A DNA stretch of 64,000 bases from an uncultured Candidatus Competibacteraceae bacterium (GTDB lineage: Bacteria > Bacteroidota > Bacteroidia > CAIKAF01), in assembly GCA_964578885.1 (NCBI GenBank), contig CAZOEO010000012.1, positions 16,021 to 80,020 on the forward strand. Direction: 5' to 3'. Below, piece by piece: positions 30,823-40,368 of the stretch. Positions within the stretch are counted from its first letter, which is position 1, and each line of letters starts with the position of its first letter. Below the pieces are notes generated by a model that was given only the letters and a program-made list of their open reading frames with translations, searched no databases and was not told where the DNA came from. A program made the position numbers and the translations under genes.

Positions 30823-32403
30823 ATGATTTTTATTCTTGTTTTTGTTCTCACTCTTCTTCCTGTTCATTATGCCTTATCGCTATTTTTTGCGAAAGCTGGA
30901 AAACCCGGATGGCAGGCTTGGGTTCCCGTGTGGAATTACCTTATTTTCTTGAAGTTGGCGGGCCGTCCATGGTATTGGGTGCTTGGTTTGCTCATGCCCG
31001 GTTTGAATTTGATTGTATTTTTTGCCATGGTGGTGGCTTTTCTGCGTGCGCAGGGAATTCATGACGGGAAGTCGTGGTTTCGGTATGGCATCACATATCC
31101 GTATGCTTTGGTGCAATTGGCCAGAGACCCGAATCGCCCTTACATTCCCAAAAAAGACCAGCCCGTTCTGGAGAAAAGTGTACCGCGCGAATGGATTGAA
31201 GCCATAATGTTTGCTTTTGTAGTGGCGCAAGGTGTGAAAACCTATATTGGAGAACCCTTCCATATTCCGACGTCCTCCATGGAAGATCAGCTTTTGGTGG
31301 GCGACATGGTGGTGGTATCGAAAATCAATTATGGTGCACGAGTGCCCATGACGCCTCTTTCCGTGCCGCTATTGCACAACACTTTACCCTTTTCTACCAT
31401 TCCCTCTTACCTTTCCTGGTGGAAAGGACCGGAATGGCGTTTACCTGGTTTAGGTGAATTGGAACGAAATGATATTGTGGTATTTAGTTTTCCTGTAAAT
31501 GACTCCATGGTCGTTGATCCATTTTTCAAGGCCCATTCCTATTACGATCAATTGTATAACGAGGCGGCCCGGATTGCCATTCAGGAACAGCTGAAGGACA
31601 TGAACAATCTTACGCCGGAGCAGTGGCAAGGTTTGGTGGATCAGGCGAGAACCCGTTATTTGAAAAAATACGATTTGCGTGCAGTGCCGGTAGACAAACG
31701 CGAAAACTTCATCAAGCGCTGTGTAGCGGTAGCCGGAGATACCCTGGAAATTCGCAACGGTATGGTGCATATTGATGGAAAATTAGGTCAACAGCCTGAA
31801 CGTTTGGTGTATACGCATCGCGTGTATTACAAGCCTTCTAAAACATTGCGGAAATCGGATGCCATAGATCAAGGCATTTCTTTAGAAGACATGGCAGAAG
31901 GCATGGAAAATATTCGTATGACGCTTGGACAGGCGGATTGGTTGCGGAATTTATCCATTGTGGATTCCGTGGTGCGCATTGAAGATAAACTTGGCGGAAG
32001 TGGCAAGTTTTTTGGGTTTATCTGGCCCAATGATCCTCGTTTTAAATGGTCAATGGATAATTTTGGTCCCGTTTGGATTCCCCGAAAAGGGACCACCATT
32101 TCACTCAACGATTCCATTTTGGCGCTTTATGAGCGTTGCATCACCGTGTATGAAGGACACCAATTGGAGAAAAAGAATGGAAAATACCTGATAGACGGGC
32201 AGGAAACCCAGCAATATACCTTTCGCCGAAATTATTATTTTATGATGGGCGACAACCGTCATGGGTCATTGGACAGCCGTTTTTGGGGTTTGGTGCCGGA
32301 TGATCATATTGTGGGAACGTCCTTTATTGTTCTGGGATCATTGAATCCAGACAAGTCCGGATTGTCCAAGATTCGTAATCGTTTCTTTTATTTCCCGGAA
32401 TAA
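30823..32403 (+). CDS. lepB: Signal peptidase I with an N-terminal extra membrane module (DUF5684-like)
   Basis: Catalytic Ser box IPTSSMEDQLLVGD, KRCVAVAGD, and GDNRHGSLDSRFWGLVP. The N-terminal 110 aa or so is a separate 3-TM module. Confidence 0.9.
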   Translation: MIFILVFVLTLLPVHYALSLFFAKAGKPGWQAWVPVWNYLIFLKLAGRPWYWVLGLLMPGLNLIVFFAMVVAFLRAQGIHDGKSWFRYGITYPYALVQLARDPNRPYIPKKDQPVLEKSVPREWIEAIMFAFVVAQGVKTYIGEPFHIPTSSMEDQLLVGDMVVVSKINYGARVPMTPLSVPLLHNTLPFSTIPSYLSWWKGPEWRLPGLGELERNDIVVFSFPVNDSMVVDPFFKAHSYYDQLYNEAARIAIQEQLKDMNNLTPEQWQGLVDQARTRYLKKYDLRAVPVDKRENFIKRCVAVAGDTLEIRNGMVHIDGKLGQQPERLVYTHRVYYKPSKTLRKSDAIDQGISLEDMAEGMENIRMTLGQADWLRNLSIVDSVVRIEDKLGGSGKFFGFIWPNDPRFKWSMDNFGPVWIPRKGTTISLNDSILALYERCITVYEGHQLEKKNGKYLIDGQETQQYTFRRNYYFMMGDNRHGSLDSRFWGLVPDDHIVGTSFIVLGSLNPDKSGLSKIRNRFFYFPE

Positions 32404-32997
32404 ATGCAGACTGGCGTACAATTGGCGCCGTGGTGTGTCCCACCTATGGGTTGGTGGCATTGCGCCAGGCGCGCGTCTTCCATTTGGATAGATGTCCAAC
32501 AACCTAAAGTAAAGGCCTTGCCGGTGAACCGAACGGTCATCTTCGGTCCGAATGGCCCACATTTTCTCAGCGTTCCACTTGTAGGCGGGCGAAACAGCGG
32601 TGTTCCATTTGATGCATTACGTATAGATGATCGAACCGCCTGGCAACGCCAATGGCTGGGTGCGCTTCGGGCGGCCTACGGAAAATCTCCGTATTTCGGA
32701 TTGTTTTTTCCTGAGTTTTCAGATATTCTGGCAGAATCGCATTCCCAGTTTTCCGCCCTTTCTTTGGACATACGGAATTGGATGCAGCACCGATTTTTTC
32801 TCACGGATTTGTCGTTTTCCCTGGGTCCAGAATCTAATTTTACCGACGAACGGCGGCAGGATTGGGAAAAGGTCGCGGTGCCATTTCAGACGCCTGAAAC
32901 CCCGTTTTTTTCCCGAACCAATACGGATGTTCTACCCGGACCATGGGAGTGGCTGTTTTACCAGCCAGAGGTTTGGTTGGAAGCAGATGGAGACTAA
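32404..32997 (+). CDS. WbqC family protein
   Basis: NRTVIFGPNGPHFLSVPL...W..QWLGALRAAYGKSPYFGLFFPEF resembles the flavobacterial WbqC-like family. It starts directly after the lepB stop. Confidence 0.65.
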   Translation: MQTGVQLAPWCVPPMGWWHCARRASSIWIDVQQPKVKALPVNRTVIFGPNGPHFLSVPLVGGRNSGVPFDALRIDDRTAWQRQWLGALRAAYGKSPYFGLFFPEFSDILAESHSQFSALSLDIRNWMQHRFFLTDLSFSLGPESNFTDERRQDWEKVAVPFQTPETPFFSRTNTDVLPGPWEWLFYQPEVWLEADGD

Positions 32998-33015
32998 GAT
33001 TTCGTTTTAAACGAC

Positions 33016-33666
33016 TTATTCCTCATTTTCCCCTTCCGGTTCCCTTAGCAATCCATACGCAATACCTAAACTGCTGTGCAACGGCTCAATGACTTCCCAC
33101 AACAAGAGTCGAACCAATAAAGCCACGCCTTGTTTCCACGGCATATCCACCTGTGCAACTAGATTTTTCGGCGACATGGGACTTTGATCCCGCAAAACAT
33201 GTATGACTTCCCATTCTTTGGAGGTGAGTTTCAAAGCCAAGCCGTGGTTTTTCCCGATTTGCCTCCAGTATTGCATCATGATGGTGTCGGCCAGAACGTC
33301 ATGGTCTGCAATGCGTACGTAGGCTCGCCATTGTCCATCTTGTTCTTTGACTTTATGTGGCTTTTCAGTCGCCTGTGGAATGACTACCTCCAGAATGTGC
33401 ATCCCATCTTCTACATGGACTTGCAGGGCATACGGAACAGGCGGTTGGCAGAAATGTTTGGCGGCTGTTCCAATCATGTACATTTCCTCGTCTGAATGTA
33501 CGCCTGCCATTTTTCCATTATCCTTTACGCCAATAAGGAGTCTACCTCCATCCCGATTTGCAAAGGCCACCAGTGTACGTGCAATTTTTCGCACATCATT
33601 GATTCGATATTTGAAATCCTGGGTTTGGTGCTCGCCTTCCTTAATCCAATGCTTTATCTTGCTCAT
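33016..33666 (-). CDS. AlbA_2 (Schlafen-like, putative DNA-binding/ATP-binding) domain protein with a C-terminal wHTH-like region
   Basis: EGEHQTQDFKYRINDVRKIARTLVAFANRDGGRLLIGVKDNGKMAGV is the AlbA_2 signature as I recognise it; 216 aa. Confidence 0.75.
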   Translation of the reverse strand: MSKIKHWIKEGEHQTQDFKYRINDVRKIARTLVAFANRDGGRLLIGVKDNGKMAGVHSDEEMYMIGTAAKHFCQPPVPYALQVHVEDGMHILEVVIPQATEKPHKVKEQDGQWRAYVRIADHDVLADTIMMQYWRQIGKNHGLALKLTSKEWEVIHVLRDQSPMSPKNLVAQVDMPWKQGVALLVRLLLWEVIEPLHSSLGIAYGLLREPEGENEE

Positions 33667-34195
33667 GTAATTCCTTTTGAGGCGAATAGCCTAATGCTTC
33701 CATGAGTTTTTCAGTCACAGAAAATACAATAGGACATAACCGATAATGGGCATGAAGGTTTAGGCGAAACCGAAATCCGGCATGGTCTAAATGGGGGTAA
33801 CCTGCGCAGGTGCCCGGCCTGTCTTCATAAATGGTGCAAGCCGTATTCGATAAAAAAATACATGGTTTACGATGAAAATAATATCCTTCACCTTGCTGAA
33901 TGGGGGTGAGGTAGGCCTGGATAAAAGCCTCAGGCGACATGTTTTTATGCTGGGCAATGCGCTGAACTTCTTCTTTTCTGAGTTCTGGTTCTAGCTTTTT
34001 GCAGCATTGGGCACAATCTAAACATTGAATTTGCGGGGCAATTTGGGCAGAAAGCTCCTTTACCCGTGCATCAATGGCTGATGAAGGATATTGGCGTAAA
34101 AATTTCCTGAAAAGTTGGGGCTCTTGCGTACGATTTTCTAATGCCAAAGCGAGACTTTCGGGGTCATGCGCAGGTAAAGTTGCCTTTGGTTCCAT
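33641..34195 (-). CDS. YkgJ family cysteine-cluster protein (UPF0153)
   Basis: CLDCAQCC (CxxCxxCC) and KPCIFLSNTACTIYEDRPGTCAGYP. The 3' end overlaps the downstream AlbA_2 gene by 26 nt. Confidence 0.8.
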   Translation of the reverse strand: MEPKATLPAHDPESLALALENRTQEPQLFRKFLRQYPSSAIDARVKELSAQIAPQIQCLDCAQCCKKLEPELRKEEVQRIAQHKNMSPEAFIQAYLTPIQQGEGYYFHRKPCIFLSNTACTIYEDRPGTCAGYPHLDHAGFRFRLNLHAHYRLCPIVFSVTEKLMEALGYSPQKELHEQDKALD

Positions 34196-34215
34196 GGGAA
34201 GAAAGGCGTAAAATG

Positions 34216-34935
34216 TTAATCTTGTAGCTTAAGGGTAAGCCTTTGGACTTCAGCCATCACAAAGGCCAGCTGGGCTTCTTGATCCATGTGGGAGTTGTCC
34301 AGCACAATGGCATCGTCTGCTTTTTTCAATGGATCCTCCGCGCGATGCACATCTTCATAATCTCGGTTCGACTGCCTTTGGCGCACTTCTTCCAAGGTAA
34401 TGGGTTGGTTTTTGGCTTTTAATTCTAAAAAGCGTCTTTGGGCACGAACTTCCGGGTCGGCGGTCATGAAGATTTTAAGTTCAGCGTCCGGCATCACCAC
34501 AGTACCAATGTCTCGTCCGTCCATGATTACACCGCGTCTGGAGGCAATTTTCTTTTGCAGCACTTGTAGTTTATCCCGAACAATGCGGAATTTACTCACT
34601 TTGGAGGCCAATTCGGCAATATCCATATTTCGGATGTCCTGCTCAACGGCTACACCATTTAAAAAGACTTCACTTTGTCTGGTCTCCGGATTTACATGGA
34701 AATCGACTTCAAGCTCTGGCAAACGGGCGCGAATAGCTTCTTTGTCGGGTTCTCCATGTTCCATCAGATTTTCGCGAACCGCGAACAAGGCAATCGCACG
34801 ATACATGGCGCCGGTATCGATATAATTGTAGCGCAATTTCCTCGCCAAAGCTTTGGCAAGGGTACTTTTCCCACAAGAGGAAAACCCATCAATGGCGATA
34901 TTAATGCGGGGCTGCAAACCTTTAGTTTCTAACAA
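34216..34935 (-). CDS. cmk: Cytidylate kinase
   Basis: P-loop IAIDGFSSCGKSTLAKALA, YIDTGAMYR, MDGRDIGTVV. Confidence 0.93.
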   Translation of the reverse strand: MLETKGLQPRINIAIDGFSSCGKSTLAKALARKLRYNYIDTGAMYRAIALFAVRENLMEHGEPDKEAIRARLPELEVDFHVNPETRQSEVFLNGVAVEQDIRNMDIAELASKVSKFRIVRDKLQVLQKKIASRRGVIMDGRDIGTVVMPDAELKIFMTADPEVRAQRRFLELKAKNQPITLEEVRQRQSNRDYEDVHRAEDPLKKADDAIVLDNSHMDQEAQLAFVMAEVQRLTLKLQD

Positions 34936-34980
34936 AATTAAAGAAAAAGCCCGAGGTAAAAAGGCCCGGGCTTTATTTTA

Positions 34981-36429
34981 TTATTCTCCTTGGGCACGCG
35001 AATAGGCTGGTTCGCCGCCAATGAGATAAAGATGTTCTGTTTTAATAAAGTCAATGCCCGCAGCAGTAGCTCTTTGACAAAGGTCAATAATATCCTGGTG
35101 GGAAATTTTTTCGCCTTTGGCTTTGAATCTGCATCGCCAGTGGTCTGTGCAAAATGTTTCTTCATTGCCATTTGGCCAAACTTTGGCTCCACGGTTAGAA
35201 ATCATCGACAGGGCGATGGCGTTGTTGCTAAGTGCTGAAATCATGGCACCTGCTTCATTGGCTGTTCCGGGGAAATCGATAAATAAATCTACACCAACCA
35301 GGGTTTTGGCTTTTCTCACCGTGGGCGTAAGCATATGACGAATGTCGATGGCTTTAGCGGAACCTGCGCTGTAACTCACCGGCTTCATGGTGGTGGGTTT
35401 TTGACCCAAACGTGCAATTAACGCTTTGGTAAATCCTTCTGTACCTACTTTTTCTTTGGTTAAACCTTCCTGATAGATATCTCCGGTGTGGTAACCATCT
35501 TCCAAGGTTTTTAAAAGGGCATTGTGAATGTTTTCTGCCACGTCTTGCTGTCCGATGTGGTTGAGCATCATTACAGCGCCCAGCAATAGACCGGAAGGGT
35601 TCGCGATGCCTTTTCCGGCGATATCCGGTGCGGAACCATGAATGGCTTCGAACATGGCATAATTTAGTCCGATGTTGGAAGATCCGCCTAAACCAACCGA
35701 TCCGGTCATTTCTGCGGCGACATCGGAAATAATGTCGCCATACAGGTTTTCTGTTACAATTACATCAAAAATTTCAGGACGGGTGGCCAAACGGGCAGTT
35801 CCGATGTCGATGATGTAAGATTCGTTTTGAATGGTAGGATACTCTTTGGCGATTTCATCAAAAATCCGGTGGAACAGGCCATCGGTCATTTTCATGATGT
35901 TGTCTTTTACAAAGGCGGTTACCTTTTTTCTGTTGTTGGCCAAGGCATATTCAAACGCGTAACGAATGATTTTTTCGCAACCCGGTCTGGAAATGAGTTT
36001 GAGACACTGCACCACTTCGTTGGTTTGCTGGTGCTCGATTCCTGCATACAAATCTTCTTCATTTTCCCTGATAATGACAACATCCATAGAAGGATGGTGG
36101 GTTTTGATATAGGGATGAAAAGCGGTACACGGACGAACGTTGGCAAACAAACCCAATGTTTTCCGGATGGTTACATTTAAACTTTTGTATCCACTTCCAA
36201 ACGGGGTAGTAATAGGCCCTTTAAGGATAATTTTGTGGTTGGTAATCTTGGCCCAGGCTTCTTCTGGAATTCCTGAAAGTTCTCCTGAGAGATACACTTT
36301 TTCACCAACATCTATAAAGTCTGGCTCAATGCGGGCCCCGGCAGCGGATAAAATTTCCAGCGTAGCATCCATGATCTCTGGACCAATACCGTCGCCTTTG
36401 GCAATACACACTTTTACGGAAGTGGACAT
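34981..36429 (-). CDS. icd: Isocitrate dehydrogenase, long form of about 480 aa (isocitrate/isopropylmalate dehydrogenase superfamily)
   Basis: KGDGIGPEI, NLYGDIISD and GSAPDIAGKGIANP, plus a C-terminal extension of about 130 aa. ATG at 36429; the longer ORF starts with GTG at 36447. Confidence 0.88.
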   Translation of the reverse strand: MSTSVKVCIAKGDGIGPEIMDATLEILSAAGARIEPDFIDVGEKVYLSGELSGIPEEAWAKITNHKIILKGPITTPFGSGYKSLNVTIRKTLGLFANVRPCTAFHPYIKTHHPSMDVVIIRENEEDLYAGIEHQQTNEVVQCLKLISRPGCEKIIRYAFEYALANNRKKVTAFVKDNIMKMTDGLFHRIFDEIAKEYPTIQNESYIIDIGTARLATRPEIFDVIVTENLYGDIISDVAAEMTGSVGLGGSSNIGLNYAMFEAIHGSAPDIAGKGIANPSGLLLGAVMMLNHIGQQDVAENIHNALLKTLEDGYHTGDIYQEGLTKEKVGTEGFTKALIARLGQKPTTMKPVSYSAGSAKAIDIRHMLTPTVRKAKTLVGVDLFIDFPGTANEAGAMISALSNNAIALSMISNRGAKVWPNGNEETFCTDHWRCRFKAKGEKISHQDIIDLCQRATAAGIDFIKTEHLYLIGGEPAYSRAQGE

Positions 36430-36504
36430 AGTGTTAGATTTTGCCACAAAGAAAGTAAATTCCGACCCGTTCCGAAAGGAAAACCGCGACGGATTTTATA
36501 AAAA

Positions 36505-37014
36505 TTACCAAGAAGGATCTGTTTGTTCCCAGGTATTATGTTTACGCATCACATATTCAATAACTTCCCTCACGCAACCTTCTCCACCTCGATGTTGTGT
36601 AATCCATTTGGCTTGTTGAAAAGCTTCCGGGCGTGCATTGGCCGGCGCCACGGACAAACCACATAATTGCATGGGAATCAAATCCGGAACATCATCGCCC
36701 ATGTATAAAACCTGATGGGCCAATAAACCTGATTCCTCTAAAAAGGTTTGAAAAACCTCTCCTTTAAATCTACTTTTTAAATAAACAAAACCCACGCCCA
36801 TTTGAAGGAAAGACTCCCGGACTTCTTCATCGTATCCACCGGTGATAATCCCTACGGTGTATCCTGCTTTTAAAGCTCTTTGAACGGCATAAGCGTCGTG
36901 ACTGTGAAAAGTGCGCACTTTGTAACCGCCCGGAAACAAATGAACATGTCCTGTGGTAAAAACGCCATCTACATCAAAGGCGAATCCTTTAATCTGTTCA
37001 ATTTCATTCTCCAT
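36505..37014 (-). CDS. kdsC: 3-deoxy-D-manno-octulosonate 8-phosphate phosphatase (HAD-IIIA)
   Basis: FAFDVDGVFT (motif I), IITGG, YMGDDVPD; 169 aa. Confidence 0.85.
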   Translation of the reverse strand: MENEIEQIKGFAFDVDGVFTTGHVHLFPGGYKVRTFHSHDAYAVQRALKAGYTVGIITGGYDEEVRESFLQMGVGFVYLKSRFKGEVFQTFLEESGLLAHQVLYMGDDVPDLIPMQLCGLSVAPANARPEAFQQAKWITQHRGGEGCVREVIEYVMRKHNTWEQTDPSW

Positions 37015-37786
37015 GATAAATGGAAATGAGTTGTTTGGAAATCAAACGATAGACTTCTGCCATGTCGGGTTGTTGGGCCAGTAAAGCAAGATGGCGCTCC
37101 ATGGTAGAGGTATCATTTCTTCGGGCGGGCCCTGTTTGTGCGTCCATGGGATGTAAGTCTCGAAGACGTGCTACTGTTTCTTCTAGCATAGGCAGCATCA
37201 CTTCCGGATTTACGCCGGCATTTTCCAGCCAGTCGTAAGCTTTTGAAAATAAAAAGTTGGAAAAATTATTGGCCAAAACTCCAGCCAAATGAACCTTTAT
37301 CCTTTCTTCTGAATCCAATAATTGCGGCTGGGTTCCGAGTGATTCCGCCATTTCAAAAAGCTGTTGCGCGGACTCAATAGTACTTCCTTCAATAAAAACA
37401 GGAATTTCATCCCAGTGAATCGACCGGGATTTTTGAAAAGATTGAAAAGGATAAAAAACGCCTTGTGCATGCCCTGCGTTTGCTAAGGCATCAATGGAAA
37501 CGGTACCGCTGGTGTGCACCACCAAGCCTTTAAGGGCTGGAAGTTGCTGGACCACTTCCGGAATCGCATGGTCTGGTATGGCCAACACCCAGAGATCTAA
37601 ATCTGGATTGAGCTCAGATAATTCCATCACGGGTGAAGCACCTGTCCTCGCCGCCAATTGTTTGGCATGGGCAGGTGTTTTACTCCACACTTCTGCTACA
37701 TCCAGTCCCTGATACTGCATGCGCCAGGCTAGATGCCAGGCCAAATGGCCGGCTCCGATAAATCCTACACGATTCAAGGTTTCCAA
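37004..37786 (-). CDS. Rossmann-fold NAD(P)-binding / DUF2520 domain protein
   Basis: VGFIGAGHLAWHLA dinucleotide fold. The C-terminal part matches the DUF2520 pattern. It overlaps both neighbours by 11-13 nt. Confidence 0.75.
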   Translation of the reverse strand: METLNRVGFIGAGHLAWHLAWRMQYQGLDVAEVWSKTPAHAKQLAARTGASPVMELSELNPDLDLWVLAIPDHAIPEVVQQLPALKGLVVHTSGTVSIDALANAGHAQGVFYPFQSFQKSRSIHWDEIPVFIEGSTIESAQQLFEMAESLGTQPQLLDSEERIKVHLAGVLANNFSNFLFSKAYDWLENAGVNPEVMLPMLEETVARLRDLHPMDAQTGPARRNDTSTMERHLALLAQQPDMAEVYRLISKQLISIYHGE

Positions 37787-40368
37787 AGGCTACGCCATTT
37801 TTTAAATGCAGAAAAGGCAGAACCCAGGACCATCAGTATGCAACCTGCCCAAAGCAAATTAATGCCGGGGAAAATGATGGCCTTCATGATGATAAAATCA
37901 TCTTTTTCGCCGCCTTTTCGCACGGTAACTCTGGATTCAAAGGTATTGGTTTCTGGATAAATACGCGTAAGTTCTACGGTAACGCCATGATGATGACTGG
38001 TGTCTGGTGTGGTAAACAATTTGGTGCCTACAATGTCGAACCGGGGTTTTAGCGTATCTACATTTCCTTGCAAATCGTGCACGGTATATACGGGATGCAC
38101 CAATAACGCAGAAGAATCCTCTATAATGGTTTCTACAGGGAACACATTTTGGAAAACGAGGTACGAGCGGCTGCTCCAAATGGTATCTCCGCGCTGCGTG
38201 GAAAACATTTGGGGAGCTTCGTAGCGAACATCGGTTCTCCCTTGTTTTTTCAACTCGATGCGTTTCACATCTACATAAGTGACATGGGTAAAGATGTCCC
38301 GTGTGAAAAAGTGTTTAGTGCTGGGATCGGCCACATTTCCCATGGTTGGACTCATGATCAGCGTGGGATAAAGGGTAAATGCCGGTTCATAGCCGCCTTG
38401 GCCATTGGGAGTGAGATAATCGACCTGATATCGCACTTCGTTCCCCATAAGGCTGTCGCCAACATATACCAGGGCATATTCGTTCATAGGAACGGTATCT
38501 CCACGGTACAGCATGATATTTTCATTGTTTTTAAATTCTGGATTTAGAATTTCCAGAGAAACATAGCGACTGTCATTTTGAGAAACAACGCGTTGATGGC
38601 CGGCGGAAATAATAGCTCCCAAAATAACCAGCCCGAAACCTGCATGCGCCATAGCGGGGCCAATTGTAAGACCTTTTTGGGCAATAAACCGCAAGGCATA
38701 TTCTAGCGCAGCGGCTATGGTGAAAGACGCAGCCAGGGTAAGTCCAATTAATGCTGGGGATTGATATCCGGGAACCAGGGCCACGCATAATAACGTGATG
38801 GCCAAGGCGGAAAGTATCGGTGTTCCCCAGGTTTTTACGGGTTGCTGTACCGGACGGCCGCCCCATTGAAGGAAAAAGGCAAGACCCATTAAAACGAGTA
38901 CAAAAGAGGCTAAAATCCCCTGAACCAAATTGTATTCTGGCACGGTAGAAATGGCCCAGGACGTACCAATGAGTTTATTGAAAACGGGTTTGGAAGTATC
39001 TATGGAAAGGTGAATGGCTGCCACGACTAAAATCAAGGAACCCACAAACATCCAAAATTCCCGGCTGGCTAGTGCATCTTCCTGATCCGGTAAATCTTTT
39101 AAATGACGATAGGTTTCGCGAATGAACAAATAGAATGAAGCCACGCCAAACAAAGCCCAAATCCAGCGAACATAGGGATGGAAATCGGAAGCCAGTCCCA
39201 ACACCAGAATTGCGATGCCAATACCAGCGTATGCCTGCCGAAGTTTCGCGCCGGAAAGAATGGTATATACAGGAAGGGCAAGGAAAAAGAAAAGGAAAAG
39301 TAAAAGTTGGCCCGTCATGCCCAAATCGGTAAAAGCATGCACAGAGGCATCACCCAATACACCACTTCGGGTCAAGAAAGTGGAATATAAAACCAGGATA
39401 AACGAGAATATCAAAAGTAGAAAAGCCGTTACCACAGTGGTTTTCTTTCGCTTAGGAATAAGCAAAAGGTGTGCTCCGGCGGTTAGCGTGATCCATGGCA
39501 CCAAGGATGCATTTTCTACCGGATCCCACGCCCAGAATCCGCCAAAACTTAAGGCTTCATAGGCCCATGCGCCACCCATGAGAATGCCACCGCCCAAAAT
39601 GGCGACTCCCAGAAACGCCCATGGTAAAGCCGGACGAATCCAACCGGTAAAATCTCGTTTTAAAATGCCACCCATGGCGTAGGCAAAAGGCACCACAGTG
39701 AGCGCAAATCCTAAAAATAGGGTAGGAGGGTGAATGGTCATCCAGTAATTTTGAAGGGCGGGATTTAAACCACGTCCATCAATTTTTTGCAAATAATCCG
39801 CCATTCGGGTAAAAGGCATGCCGGCCAAATCCGGATGCAGTCGGGTGAGTTCGAAAGGGAAAAGGCCAATGCGGAAATCCAGTCCTAAATCCGGTAAATA
39901 GATGACGCGACCCAATACCATCGAAGAAAGAAAAACCTGTACCACTGCAAGTACACCAACCACAGGTGCTTCCCATTTCTTGGCCGAAAAAACCAAAACT
40001 GTTCCAAGGCAAACATGCCAAAAAGACCAAATTAGAAAGCTGCCTTCCTGACCTTCCCAAAATGCAGCAAATACAAAACGCGGCGCCAGGTCCGAGCTGG
40101 TATGCTGCATTACATAGTAATATTCAAACCAACCTTTTAAAAGAAGGAAGAAAAGAAGTCCGACAATGGCCACCACCGTAAAGGCGTGGAACAAAAAGCT
40201 AAACCGTCCCAGTTTTTGCCAGAATTCGGCTTGGTCGGGAATAGTGAGTCTCGTGCTTTTTAAATAGGAAAAGGCCGCCAGTAACGCTGAAACAAAAGAA
40301 AAGGAAACCAACAGGTTTCCCAAATGATAAGGCCAAAGATGTTCCCCTACATACACCACATCATTCAT
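37774..40368 (-). CDS. ccmF: Cytochrome c-type biogenesis heme lyase CcmF (enlarged, 864 aa)
   Basis: W-rich motif GGFWAWDPVENASLVPW. Many TM helices. A large hydrophilic domain lies near the C-terminus. Confidence 0.9.
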   Translation of the reverse strand: MNDVVYVGEHLWPYHLGNLLVSFSFVSALLAAFSYLKSTRLTIPDQAEFWQKLGRFSFLFHAFTVVAIVGLLFFLLLKGWFEYYYVMQHTSSDLAPRFVFAAFWEGQEGSFLIWSFWHVCLGTVLVFSAKKWEAPVVGVLAVVQVFLSSMVLGRVIYLPDLGLDFRIGLFPFELTRLHPDLAGMPFTRMADYLQKIDGRGLNPALQNYWMTIHPPTLFLGFALTVVPFAYAMGGILKRDFTGWIRPALPWAFLGVAILGGGILMGGAWAYEALSFGGFWAWDPVENASLVPWITLTAGAHLLLIPKRKKTTVVTAFLLLIFSFILVLYSTFLTRSGVLGDASVHAFTDLGMTGQLLLFLFFFLALPVYTILSGAKLRQAYAGIGIAILVLGLASDFHPYVRWIWALFGVASFYLFIRETYRHLKDLPDQEDALASREFWMFVGSLILVVAAIHLSIDTSKPVFNKLIGTSWAISTVPEYNLVQGILASFVLVLMGLAFFLQWGGRPVQQPVKTWGTPILSALAITLLCVALVPGYQSPALIGLTLAASFTIAAALEYALRFIAQKGLTIGPAMAHAGFGLVILGAIISAGHQRVVSQNDSRYVSLEILNPEFKNNENIMLYRGDTVPMNEYALVYVGDSLMGNEVRYQVDYLTPNGQGGYEPAFTLYPTLIMSPTMGNVADPSTKHFFTRDIFTHVTYVDVKRIELKKQGRTDVRYEAPQMFSTQRGDTIWSSRSYLVFQNVFPVETIIEDSSALLVHPVYTVHDLQGNVDTLKPRFDIVGTKLFTTPDTSHHHGVTVELTRIYPETNTFESRVTVRKGGEKDDFIIMKAIIFPGINLLWAGCILMVLGSAFSAFKKWRSLWKP

